This document shows positions 14,864 through 23,303 of a stretch of 41,795 nt of DNA, one piece after another; positions within the stretch are counted from its first letter, which is position 1, and every line of letters begins with the position of its first letter. The stretch is from a virus. Location: the IMG/VR virus record IMGVR_UViG_3300043675_000009, positions 1 to 41,795 of that record. One strand, given 5' to 3'. A program made the translations under genes and the position numbers. The notes beneath the pieces were generated by a model. The model was given only the letters and a program-made list of their open reading frames with translations. It was not told where the DNA came from and ran no database searches.

Positions 14864-16874
14864 CTTTCGGTCCAGTCCGGATTCTCTCGCGGCCCTCGCC
14901 CGCGTCGTCGCCGTGTCGCTCGCACTCTTCACGCCGCCTGCAGAGCTCACCGTCTCGCAGTGGGCGGATCTCTACGCCAAACTACCCCCCGAAGGCACGC
15001 CCGAGCCGGGGCAATGGAATACGGATCGCGCTCCCTACCAGCGCAGGATGATGGACGTCGTCAACGACCCCAGCGTCGAGCGGGTGGTCTACATGATCGC
15101 TGCGCAGTGTGGCAAGACCGCCTCGATGCTCAACATCATCTTTTACTACTGCCAGCACGATCCCAGTCCCATCCTCTTCGTGATGCCGACCGAGACGTTC
15201 TCCGAGGACGTTTCCAAGGAACGCATCGCCCCCGCGATCCGCGACACGCCTATCCTCACCCCTCTCTTCGGCAGCCCGAAGATGAGGTCGACCAACGCCA
15301 CCATTCGCAAAAAGAGCTTCCCCGGCGGCTTCCTCGCCCTGGTAGGCGCCAACGCGCCCAGCACTCTGGCTGGCCGCCCCGCGCGCATCGTGGTGTGCGA
15401 TGAGGTCGATGACTTCCCAGCCTCGTCGGGCAAAAAAGGCGATCCGATCATCATCGTCGACGCCCGCACCACCAATTTCTGGAACCGTAAAAAGCTCTAC
15501 GCATCAACGCCCAGCATCAAGGGCTCGAGCCGCATCGAGAAGTTGTACGACGAAACCTCCGATCAAGAGATCTACGAGGTGCAGTGCCCGCACTGTGGCA
15601 CCTTTCAGGAGCTGGTGTGGGAGTCGCTGCACTGGCCCAGCCCCAACAGCGGAGGCGCGTCGCAGCACGAGCCGAGCAAGTGTTATTACGTGTGTGTACA
15701 GGGCTGCGAGATCCTTGAGGTCGAAAAGGCCGACATGATCCGCGACGTCCCTGCCGGCGGCACGGCGCGGTGGCGCGCCACAAAGCCAGGCCATGGGGAT
15801 GGCAAGACCGTCGGCTTCCGGCTCAGCGTGCTGTATTCGCCGTGGGTGACGTGGCCGGAGCTCATCAACAAGTGGCTGGAGGCGTACAAAAAGCCGCTAT
15901 TGCGCAAGGCCTTCGTGAACACCTGCCTGGCGCGGACCTATGAGGTCTTCGGAGAGACGGTCGACGACACGGAGCTGATGAAACGGCGCAGTGTCTACGA
16001 GGCCGAGGTCCCCGCAGGTGCCCTCGTGCTCACCTGCGGGATCGACGTGCAGGCAGATCGCATCGAGGGCGAGATCGTCGGCTGGGGCAGGGACGGCCAA
16101 TCCTGGTCGATCGACTACTTCGTCCTGCGCGGCAACCCCGCCATGCCCGCATTCTGGACCGGGGTCGACGACTTCCTCACGGCGACCTATCTCCACGAGT
16201 CCGGAGCCCGCCTGCGCATTGCCTGCACGTTTATCGACTCGGGCTACCACACAGCCCAGGTCTACAAGTACGTTCGTCCTCGCCAGGTCCGCCGCGTCTT
16301 CGCTTCGAAGGGAATGTCCGGTCCTGCGATCCCACTGACCAGGCCTCGCTCCACGCGCGCACACAAGTCTCGTGTCGAGCTGCGCATCATCGGCATCGAT
16401 ACTGCCAAAGAATCGCTCTACGCGAACCTCAAGATCGAGGAGATCGGCCCCGGCTACTGCCACTTCCCGTCGGCCTATAAAAACGTGCAGGGCGTCAAGA
16501 TCGACCGCAACACCTACGACCGTGATTACTTCGCGCAGCTGACCGCGGAGAAGCTGGTCTCGGAGATGGACGGTTTGACGCCCGTGCGCAAGTGGATTAA
16601 GAAGCAGGAGCGCAACGAGGCGCTGGACAACCGCGTCCTGGCCATGGCCGCGCTCGACGACCTGAATATCCGTAACTGGGACAAGCTCGCTGAGAATCTA
16701 CGCAAGCAGGTGCCGGCGGCGCCAAATTCGCTGGACGCGCCGGGATCTTCCCCCGAAGCCCCCACACAAGCCCAGGAACCCGACGACGACGGCATCCCTA
16801 TTATTGCTGGCCCGGCGAAAAAAACACGTAAAGAAGGCCCTCGCGCCAGCTGGGCAGGGTCATGGGATCGGTAG
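14856..16874 (+). CDS. terL: Terminase large subunit, GpA family (cos-type)
   Basis: WADLYAKLPPEGTPEPGQWNTDRAPYQRRMMD, the Walker A-like AAQCGKTA, VVCDEVDDF, and a C-terminal nuclease region with a CPHCG zinc motif. Confidence 0.95.
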   Translation: MPSFRSSPDSLAALARVVAVSLALFTPPAELTVSQWADLYAKLPPEGTPEPGQWNTDRAPYQRRMMDVVNDPSVERVVYMIAAQCGKTASMLNIIFYYCQHDPSPILFVMPTETFSEDVSKERIAPAIRDTPILTPLFGSPKMRSTNATIRKKSFPGGFLALVGANAPSTLAGRPARIVVCDEVDDFPASSGKKGDPIIIVDARTTNFWNRKKLYASTPSIKGSSRIEKLYDETSDQEIYEVQCPHCGTFQELVWESLHWPSPNSGGASQHEPSKCYYVCVQGCEILEVEKADMIRDVPAGGTARWRATKPGHGDGKTVGFRLSVLYSPWVTWPELINKWLEAYKKPLLRKAFVNTCLARTYEVFGETVDDTELMKRRSVYEAEVPAGALVLTCGIDVQADRIEGEIVGWGRDGQSWSIDYFVLRGNPAMPAFWTGVDDFLTATYLHESGARLRIACTFIDSGYHTAQVYKYVRPRQVRRVFASKGMSGPAIPLTRPRSTRAHKSRVELRIIGIDTAKESLYANLKIEEIGPGYCHFPSAYKNVQGVKIDRNTYDRDYFAQLTAEKLVSEMDGLTPVRKWIKKQERNEALDNRVLAMAALDDLNIRNWDKLAENLRKQVPAAPNSLDAPGSSPEAPTQAQEPDDDGIPIIAGPAKKTRKEGPRASWAGSWDR

Positions 16875-16877
16875 CAC

Positions 16878-17135
16878 CTACGGTAAGGATTCGTGTTGGA
16901 TTGTCACACTGCGACCTGGGATCGCTAGGGTCTCAAGTGCGATCGACGCGTTGGCTGTCATCACGCAAATGCGTAGCTCGCGGATCGCCGCGCTCTGGTC
17001 CGCTGACGGTGGGGTGTTCGCGACAATCACCTTGGCCAGATTCTTCGCTGCATCACGGATAGCCTGGTACCGCTCCGGCTGTCCTGACTTCGGTGCGTGA
17101 TAGGTGAACAGGTCCTCGATCTCGTCTATTGTCAT
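16878..17135 (-). CDS. Small helical protein of the FTYHxP...ANASIA family; candidate Acb2-like cyclic-oligonucleotide sponge
   Basis: MTIDEIEDLFTYHAPKSGQPERYQAIRDAAKNLAKVIVANTPPSADQSAAIRELRICVMTANASIA. Antisense to the packaging operon. The functional link is from my memory of the family and is not verified. Confidence 0.55.
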   Translation of the reverse strand: MTIDEIEDLFTYHAPKSGQPERYQAIRDAAKNLAKVIVANTPPSADQSAAIRELRICVMTANASIALETLAIPGRSVTIQHESLP

Positions 17136-17186
17136 AATTCATCGATTCCGCGCCTTGGACGCTGATCTTTGCCCTCTAGAAGCGGG
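17136..17186. repeat. Conserved 5' leader, copy 1 (upstream of 16878..17135)
   Basis: The minus strand reads CTAGAGGGCAAAGATCAGCG...GGAATCGATGAATTATG. About 70 percent identical to 17428..17478. Confidence 0.7.
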
Positions 17187-17427
17187 GCGGTGAGGGCAAC
17201 TTAGAAGGACCTGGTCGATCGCCGCCTGGCCCGTTGATGATTTCCAGGCTGCCGTGCTGTACGAGCTGTTGCTCATCGATGTGGAAGGCATCTTCGATTT
17301 TGTTGTCCTTCGCTACAGGTTGTACGCCCACGCGAATGCAGCCATTCAGATACTCCGTGCGGCTCGTCGCAACCCCTGTAAAGCCGGTAACGCTGTCCGT
17401 GACGGTGGTGCCGAGCTTGATTGCCAT
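17176..17427 (-). CDS. Hypothetical small protein, 83 aa
   Basis: Track ORF. Starts MAIKLGTTVTDSVTGFTGVATSRTEYLNGCIRV. Antisense to the structural genes and carries the duplicated leader. Confidence 0.6.
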   Translation of the reverse strand: MAIKLGTTVTDSVTGFTGVATSRTEYLNGCIRVGVQPVAKDNKIEDAFHIDEQQLVQHGSLEIINGPGGDRPGPSKLPSPPRF

Positions 17428-17478
17428 AGTGGATCGATTCTCTTCTTAATCGCCGATCTTTGCCTCTAAAACGCGCAT
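17428..17478. repeat. Conserved 5' leader, copy 2 (upstream of 17176..17427)
   Basis: The minus strand reads TTAGAGGCAAAGATCGGCG...AGAATCGATCCACTATG. The shared plus-strand core GATCTTTGCC(C)TCTA(G/A)AA(G/A)CG occurs at 17163 and 17455. Confidence 0.7.
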
Positions 17479-17480
17479 CT

Positions 17481-17510
17481 TTGACCATTTTTGCCGGTTC
17501 CCGCTAATAA
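17481..17510 (+). promoter_or_regulatory. Promoter-family copy E: TTGACC-N18-TAATAA, ATG 7 nt downstream
   Basis: TTTGACCATTTTTGCCGGTTCCCGCTAATAACTCAGGCATG has the same geometry as copy B. Confidence 0.45.
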
Positions 17511-17517
17511 CTCAGGC

Positions 17518-18132
17518 ATGCCGATCGGGGACTTTCCGTTCAATATCGAGTTCGTCGACGTCCCTGTAGAGCCGGAGCCGAGCAACCTCGTCGCCGGCGA
17601 CACGCTCACCTGGCAGCGCAGCTTTGCGGCCTACCCTGCGAGCGCCGGCTGGGTCCTCGCCTATGTCCTCAACTCTCTCACTGCCCGGTTCGTCGTCGCC
17701 CCCGAGGACATCACCAGCCAGGGCGACACCTATACCATCCTCATCCCCTCGGCCGAGACCAAGCTCTGGACCCCGGGAAGCTATCAGTGGATGGCCGTCG
17801 TATCGCTTGCGGCCGCGGGATCGGTGCCGGCACAGCGTTTCACTGTAGCGCTCGGCCGGGTCATCATCGCGATCGACCTGCTGGACGCCTCCTCGCCGCA
17901 GGACACGCGATCGCCCAACGAGACAGCCCTCGACAACATCAACCTCATGCTGGCCGGTACCGGCGGCAACGGCGTGCAGGAGTACACCATCGCCGGCCGC
18001 ATGCTGCGCCGGTACAGCCTCACCGAGCTAACCCAGCTGCGCAGCCTCTATTCGAGCCTGGTGCGGCAGGAAAGGGCGAATCGTGGCGAGTACCAGCTGC
18101 CCACGACCGTAGCGGTGCACTTCCGTGGCTGA
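17518..18132 (+). CDS. Head-tail protein with a gpW-like C-terminal domain and an N-terminal extension
   Basis: The C-terminus ALDNINLMLAGTGGNGVQEYTIAGRMLRRYSLTELTQLRSLYSSLVRQE follows the lambda gpW pattern. Positioned between terL and the portal as in lambda. The TTG at 17491 lies inside the promoter, so ATG 17518 is preferred. Confidence 0.6.
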   Translation: MPIGDFPFNIEFVDVPVEPEPSNLVAGDTLTWQRSFAAYPASAGWVLAYVLNSLTARFVVAPEDITSQGDTYTILIPSAETKLWTPGSYQWMAVVSLAAAGSVPAQRFTVALGRVIIAIDLLDASSPQDTRSPNETALDNINLMLAGTGGNGVQEYTIAGRMLRRYSLTELTQLRSLYSSLVRQERANRGEYQLPTTVAVHFRG

Positions 18133-19651
18133 ACTTCTGTGTCTCGACCTCTCCGAAGCCAAGGCCGACATCATGGCCCAGCGCAACACGCTGGCCGCAA
18201 CACCGGGCAAGCGCGACCTCAACTTCCAGGCTGGCCGCGTCACACGCATCACCGAGGACTGGGGAACGTCGAACAGCTCCGCCGACCTCGACCTCTGGGC
18301 CAATCTTCAGGCCCTGCGCGGCCGGGCCCGCCGCCTGTCCACCAACAATCCGCTCATCCGCAAATATCTCCGCATGTGCCAGAAGAACATCGTCGGCGAC
18401 AAGGGGATTCAGCTGCAGATGAAGGTCCCCATGAAGAAGGGGAAAAACCTCAACAAGAAATTGAACGTGGCGATCGAGGCCGCGTGGAAGACCTGGGGAC
18501 GCAAAGCCAACTGCACCGTCACCGGCAAGCTGAGCTGGAACATGGCGCAGCGCTACGCGATCGAGCAGTGGAAGCGCGACGGCGAATGCATCATCCGCAT
18601 GGTGACCTACGACCGCAACCCGTTCAATTTCGCGCTGCAGTTCTTCGATCCGGACCAGCTCGACCTCAACTACTTCAATTACATGATGCCTAGCGGGAAC
18701 CAGATCCGCATGGGCGTCGAGACCGATCCCTACGGCATGCCGGTCGCCTACCACCTCTGGAAGCGTCATCCGGCAGAGTACTCCACCGCGCCGCAGTTCC
18801 GCATTCGCGTTCCGGCCGAAGAGATCATCCACATCTTCGTTCCACAGCGCGTCGGCCAGACCCGCGGCTATCCGGAGATGGCCCCCTCGATGGTTCCGCT
18901 GCACATGATCGTCAAGTACTCCGAGTCCGAGGCCGTCGCCGCGCGGACCGCTTCAGAGAAACAGGGCTTCTTCGAATCCGCTGCAGCCACCGATGAGAGC
19001 TACACCGGAGAGCGCGACGCAGAGAAGAACATCACCATGAAGTCCGAGCCCGGGTTGCTCGAGCAACTCCCCGCCGGCGTCACCTTCAAGTCGTGGGATT
19101 CTCAACATCCTGCGGTGGCCTTTCCGTTTTTCATGAAGTCGCAGATCCGTCTCGCCGGCGCAGGCCTCGATGTCAGCTATGAGAGCCTGGCCAACGATCG
19201 CGAGGGCGTGAACTATTCGTCGATCCGCGCTGGGCTTCTCGATGAGCGCGACACCTGGCGGCTGGAGCAGGACGTCGCCAAAGAGATTCTTTGCCAGACC
19301 GTCTTCGAGAAGTGGCTGATGAATGCGTGGCTGGCCGGCGTGGTTAAGTTCGACGGGCTGCCCGGCGATTACTTCGAATATGCGCTGTTCCACGGACGAG
19401 GCTGGCCATGGGTGGATCCACTCAAGGATATGCAGGCCGCGGTGCTGTCGGTCGAGAACGGCTACGAGTCCCAATCGCAGCAGATGGCGGAGAGCGGAAA
19501 CAACTTCGAAGAGACGATCGACGAGATCAAGTACGAGCAGGACTATATCGAGGCAGCCGGCGTCAAGCTGGGCACCGACACCAAGGGCATCGCCGACACC
19601 GCGACCGACGACACAGCGGCTGGAGCGAAGCCTGCGACCGAAGGGAACTAA
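18125..19651 (+). CDS. Portal protein, lambda gpB family
   Basis: TEDWGTSNSSADLDLWANLQALRGRARRLSTNNPLIRKYLRMCQKNIVGDKGIQLQ and overall length. The start is either GTG 18125 or ATG 18173. Confidence 0.9.
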   Translation: MAELLCLDLSEAKADIMAQRNTLAATPGKRDLNFQAGRVTRITEDWGTSNSSADLDLWANLQALRGRARRLSTNNPLIRKYLRMCQKNIVGDKGIQLQMKVPMKKGKNLNKKLNVAIEAAWKTWGRKANCTVTGKLSWNMAQRYAIEQWKRDGECIIRMVTYDRNPFNFALQFFDPDQLDLNYFNYMMPSGNQIRMGVETDPYGMPVAYHLWKRHPAEYSTAPQFRIRVPAEEIIHIFVPQRVGQTRGYPEMAPSMVPLHMIVKYSESEAVAARTASEKQGFFESAAATDESYTGERDAEKNITMKSEPGLLEQLPAGVTFKSWDSQHPAVAFPFFMKSQIRLAGAGLDVSYESLANDREGVNYSSIRAGLLDERDTWRLEQDVAKEILCQTVFEKWLMNAWLAGVVKFDGLPGDYFEYALFHGRGWPWVDPLKDMQAAVLSVENGYESQSQQMAESGNNFEETIDEIKYEQDYIEAAGVKLGTDTKGIADTATDDTAAGAKPATEGN

Positions 19652-19873
19652 TGGCGAGAGTTAGAAGCGGGTTATTCGGGGTTTTCATGTCGATGCTGGC
19701 CAGCATGGGCGGCTCATTTGCCAGGGTCCTCGCGGATATAAGCGCGCCCCATCCGCACCGTCAGCCGAAAGAATGGCCCTCGCCCACGCCGCAGCCGAGA
19801 CAATTCGCGCGGATGCATGGCAGGCGCAGCGTGTCGCAGAAATCTCGATCGAACCGGCGCAAGGCGAGGCGCT

Positions 19874-20632
19874 GTGCCTGAGAACGTGCTGCTGCTGGGC
19901 AACTGTCTCAAGCTGATGAAGACGCTGCCGGCCGGCTCGATCGATTGCGTTCTGACAGATCTGCCTTATGGAACGACCGACAACAAATGGGACAGCGTGA
20001 TCCCCATGGACCAGCTGTGGGCAGCGTGGCGCCGCTTGCTGCGACCTGGCGCCCCGGTAATCCTGTTTACGCAGCAGCCATTCACCACCACCGTGGCGGC
20101 GAGCAATCTAAAGCAGCTGAAGACGGAGTGGATCTGGGCGAAGCAACAAGGCACCGGCTTTCTCAACTGCAAGAAATATCCGATGAAGAGTCACGAGAAC
20201 GTGCTGGTTTTCTGCGATCGACTCCCGCCGTATTGGCCACAAATGTGCGGGGGGGGGGCGTCATATAAGACAAACAGAAAAGCCAACTGCACGACGAATT
20301 ACGCGAACACTCGAGCGTGGAGCTCGGCCAACATAGACGGCTCGCGCTACCCCATCACTGTGCTGCGCCCGCTCAAGCTCAACGCTATTGACAGGGGACT
20401 TCACCCCACCCAGAAACCGCTCGCTCTGCTCGAATACCTGATCAGGACCTATACGCAGCCTGGCGAGCTGATCCTCGACAATTGCGCAGGATCGGGCACG
20501 ACGCTGCTGGCGGCATACAACACCGGGCGCCGCTTCGTGGGGATCGAGCGCGACCAGAAGTACTACTGGAGAGCGAGACGTCGGCTGGCACAGGCGCTTG
20601 TGGCCCCCCCAGTTGCCCCAGCAGCTGCCTGA
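19874..20632 (+). CDS. DNA methyltransferase (N6-adenine/N4-cytosine, beta-class motif order)
   Basis: Motif IV TDLPYG (a DPPY variant) near the N-terminus and motif I LDNCAGSGTT near the C-terminus. HPTQKP block. The start is either GTG 19874 or ATG 19817. Confidence 0.85.
   Translation: MPENVLLLGNCLKLMKTLPAGSIDCVLTDLPYGTTDNKWDSVIPMDQLWAAWRRLLRPGAPVILFTQQPFTTTVAASNLKQLKTEWIWAKQQGTGFLNCKKYPMKSHENVLVFCDRLPPYWPQMCGGGASYKTNRKANCTTNYANTRAWSSANIDGSRYPITVLRPLKLNAIDRGLHPTQKPLALLEYLIRTYTQPGELILDNCAGSGTTLLAAYNTGRRFVGIERDQKYYWRARRRLAQALVAPPVAPAAA
20249..20258 (+). repeat. G10 homopolymer inside the methyltransferase ORF
   Basis: tgc ggg ggg ggg gcg encodes CGGGA. It is the longest homopolymer I found in the window and lies between motif IV and motif I. 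Confidence 0.9.
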
Positions 20633-20646
20633 GATTCAGCGGGAAT

Positions 20647-20674
20647 TTGACCGTTTTTCCCGATTGCCCATAAC
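20647..20674 (+). promoter_or_regulatory. Promoter-family copy A: TTGACC-N16-CATAAC, 12 nt before the capsid-gene ATG
   Basis: CAGCGGGAATTTGACCGTTTTTCCCGATTGCCCATAAC is about 80 percent identical to copy B over roughly 32 nt. Confidence 0.45.
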
Positions 20675-20686
20675 AATCAACGCGAC

Positions 20687-22705
20687 ATGGCCACCGCTGC
20701 AGTCGTTCCGTCGACCAAACGCGCTCTGCCGGCACAACTGCCGATGCAGTTCCGTGCCTTCGCGCTGCGCTCAGAGGATCCAGCCGAGGGAGCAGATCAG
20801 GGTCTCGTTGCGCTCTCTTTCTCTTCCACCAATCCCGTCAAGCGAATGAGCTGGGGCGGTGTGTGGTGGTACGAGGTGCTCAGCCACGCGGCCGGCGCAG
20901 TGCGCACCGATCGCCTCACCGACCCTGGCATCGCGCTCCTGGTGAATCACGACACCAACCAGCGTGCGGGCATCCTCCAGGACGGCGTCATCGGCAGCAA
21001 GGGAGGGCGCGGAAATGCGCGATTCAATAGCACCCAGTTTGGGAAGGACACTGCCACCGAGGTCCGAGAGAAAACCCTTCCCTGGGTCTCTGTCGGCTAC
21101 ATCGTCCACAGCGAGCAGCGTGTCGCGGATATCAATCCCCTCGACGACCAGGACGAAGACTATATCGGCACATTTGAAGCCGACGACTGGGAGCCGGTCG
21201 AGGTAAGCCTGGTCTCCGTTCCCGCAGACATCACGGTCGGCGTTGGCCGCGACCTCAACACCATTCCGCAGTACCCGGTGCGCTTTGCCGGCATTCCAGC
21301 AACCCCGCCGGCTTTGCCGACACGTTCCAAGGAGAATCCCATGCCCGAGCTCATCGTCCCCGCAGTCCTTCCCGCGGCCATCGTTTTGACCGATCACACC
21401 GAAGCGGTCCGCACTGAGCGCGAGCGCACTGTCGGCATCAGCCTGCTCGCCCGCCAGTTTCCCGAGATTCTGACCCGCGAACTTGCGGAGAAGGCCATCA
21501 ACGATGGCTCGAGCCGCGATGCAGTTGCGACCATCATCCTCGATAAGAAGCGCGAGAAGGAAGCCCTGCTCAACGCCGGCGGCCAGATCACGCTGAACGA
21601 AAAAGAGCGCAGCTCCTACGACTTCATGCGTGCGGTTCGCGCCGTGGCCAACACCTCGGGCGGAAGCGCTCCGGCAGAAGCCGGCTTCGAGCTGGAGATC
21701 TCGCAGACCATCGCGAAGAAACTCGGCCGCGACACCGGCGGACTCTTCATCCCCACCACCGAGCCCATCTTCCGCCAGACCAGTGAAGAGATTCGCAAAC
21801 GCGCAAGCGTCGCGGGCGCGCCTGGATCGACCACGGGCGGCGGCGCAACGGTGGCAACGAACCTCATCAGCTTCCTCGACTTCCTCCGCCCTGCGCTTCG
21901 GCTCACCGCGCTGGGCGCACAGTTCATGGGAGGCTGCTCCAGCAACTTCGCGCTGCCCAAGATGACCGGCGACGTCGGCTTCAACTGGGTCGGCGAAAAT
22001 CCCGGCGCGGACAACGCTGATGTGGATCCGACCTTTGGGCAGGTTCCGTTCTCCCCGCTCGGGGCGACCGCAAGCACCAGCTGGTCGCGCCAGCTGCTCG
22101 TACAGAGCTCGATCGACTTCGAAGCCAAGATCCGCAACGCCCTCGTGATGGTTGCGGCGATCGGCATCGAGAAGGCTGCGCTGGCCGGCACCGGAGGCAC
22201 ACAGCCCACCGGCGTCCTCACCACCACCGGCGTCAACCTGAAGGTGCTCGGCGCCAACGGAGCGCTGCCCACCAAGCAGCTCTTCATCGACATGCTGACC
22301 GCGGCCTTTGTCGCCAACGCGGAGGTCCTGGGCCTGCAGAAGTATCTGCTCACCCCGGAGATCGCCGGCTACCTGGCTGGCCAGCCCGAGCTCGCCAACA
22401 CCATCGCGCTGCCGACCTTCACCTATGGGGCCGACGGACAGGGCCGCATCAATGGCCACGACGCGTACTGGTCGAACCTGCTCCCCAAGACGCTCACCAA
22501 GGGCACCTCGGCCGGCGTCTGCCACGCAGCCATCGGCGGCAGCTTCGGCGCGCTGACGATCGCGGAGTGGGGCGCAATGGAGATCATCCTCGATCCCTAC
22601 ACCAAAGCCAAGCAGTCGCTGGTGAACATCGTCGCCAACTTCCTCGTGGACTCGAATGTGACCTATCCCCAGGCACTGTCGGTCTGCCTCGACCAGCTCG
22701 TCTAG
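20687..22705 (+). CDS. Fused HK97-type prohead protease and HK97-fold major capsid protein
   Basis: The N-terminal 190 aa (LLVNHDTNQRAG...VSVGYIV...EVSLVSVPAD) follows the S78/U35 protease pattern. A linker follows. The C-terminal 400 aa follow the HK97 MCP pattern (FLDFLRP...LTALGA...P...G..F.WVGEN......IEKAALAGTGGTQPTG). Confidence 0.85.
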   Translation: MATAAVVPSTKRALPAQLPMQFRAFALRSEDPAEGADQGLVALSFSSTNPVKRMSWGGVWWYEVLSHAAGAVRTDRLTDPGIALLVNHDTNQRAGILQDGVIGSKGGRGNARFNSTQFGKDTATEVREKTLPWVSVGYIVHSEQRVADINPLDDQDEDYIGTFEADDWEPVEVSLVSVPADITVGVGRDLNTIPQYPVRFAGIPATPPALPTRSKENPMPELIVPAVLPAAIVLTDHTEAVRTERERTVGISLLARQFPEILTRELAEKAINDGSSRDAVATIILDKKREKEALLNAGGQITLNEKERSSYDFMRAVRAVANTSGGSAPAEAGFELEISQTIAKKLGRDTGGLFIPTTEPIFRQTSEEIRKRASVAGAPGSTTGGGATVATNLISFLDFLRPALRLTALGAQFMGGCSSNFALPKMTGDVGFNWVGENPGADNADVDPTFGQVPFSPLGATASTSWSRQLLVQSSIDFEAKIRNALVMVAAIGIEKAALAGTGGTQPTGVLTTTGVNLKVLGANGALPTKQLFIDMLTAAFVANAEVLGLQKYLLTPEIAGYLAGQPELANTIALPTFTYGADGQGRINGHDAYWSNLLPKTLTKGTSAGVCHAAIGGSFGALTIAEWGAMEIILDPYTKAKQSLVNIVANFLVDSNVTYPQALSVCLDQLV

Positions 22706-22799
22706 CCGAGTTCCATACAGGCGGCCGCGGAGAACCTGCCCGGCCGTCCGCTTGATAAGTAACACGAACGGTTACACGCTTTCCGGGAGATTTTTCTTT

Positions 22800-23000
22800 A
22801 TGGCAATCCAAACGATTCAGGCCGGCAGCAGCAAGCTCCGCGCCATCCTCATCACCAAGCCGTGTCTCGGCCCCGGTGGCACCGCCCTGCTGAAGGGCAT
22901 GACCGTCCGCGTCCCCGAGAACGATGCCTACACGCTGATCAGCGGCGACCAGGCCGAGTTCATCAGCGAAACCGCAGCCGCAGTCGCGGACAAAAAGTAA
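22800..23000 (+). CDS. Small head-associated hypothetical protein, 66 aa
   Basis: GGGAGA RBS 9 nt before ATG 22800. Positioned directly after the capsid gene. Confidence 0.5.
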   Translation: MAIQTIQAGSSKLRAILITKPCLGPGGTALLKGMTVRVPENDAYTLISGDQAEFISETAAAVADKK

Positions 23001-23003
23001 CCC

Positions 23004-23303
23004 ATGTTCGGGGATGCCGACCTGCCCGTGTTCTTCGCGGACTTCGGCGTCCCCGTCACCTTTGGCGCCAAGACGGTGCTGGGCAACTTCAACCGGCCGA
23101 TCCAGATCAAGCTGGCCGACCAGGGATTCGGTGGAGTGGAGACGGCGTTTCCCTCCATCGAGCTCGCCTACAACGCCTTCAGTCCGATGCCTAACCCAGG
23201 AGATGCAGTGAACGTCGACGGCACGGACTACACAGTCTCGGAACCCACCGCGGTGAGCGACGGCGCAATCGTCTGTTACGAGCTCAAGAAGGTGTCTCTG
23301 TGA
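23004..23303 (+). CDS. Head-tail joining protein (gpFII-like position and layout)
   Basis: 99 aa. Motif VNVDGTDYTVSEPTAVSDGAIVCYELK. Synteny with lambda. Confidence 0.5.
   Translation: MFGDADLPVFFADFGVPVTFGAKTVLGNFNRPIQIKLADQGFGGVETAFPSIELAYNAFSPMPNPGDAVNVDGTDYTVSEPTAVSDGAIVCYELKKVSL

Noticed and set aside
17491-17517. TTG start at 17491 for the gpW-like gene, and ATG 29375 for the membrane protein gene.
   Set aside because: Both candidate starts fall inside promoter elements: the spacer of promoter copy E, and the -10 box of the 29366..29394 promoter. Downstream starts are better supported: ATG 17518, and TTG 29324 with an AGGAG RBS.
19651-19881. 76-aa ORF (MARVRSGLFGVF...) between the portal and methyltransferase genes. 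It includes a perfect 14-nt palindrome ATGCTGGCCAGCAT at 19693..19706.
   Set aside because: The TAATG coupling to the portal stop is suggestive. However, the codon usage (tta, aga, gtt) differs from neighbouring genes, and the product is a basic, low-complexity tail that overlaps the methyltransferase start. It is left unannotated. The palindrome has no loop and no obvious role.
20771-22765. 664-aa minus-strand ORF antisense to the protease-capsid gene. Similar long shadow ORFs occur at 25227..27611 (794 aa), 32835..36215 (1126 aa), 1087..2208, 18020..18904 and 40737..41756.
   Set aside because: Long antisense open frames are expected in GC-rich DNA. Their translations are Arg/Gly/Ala-rich low-complexity sequence, and they lie opposite genes with strong family motifs. 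None has an RBS or a sensible operon context.
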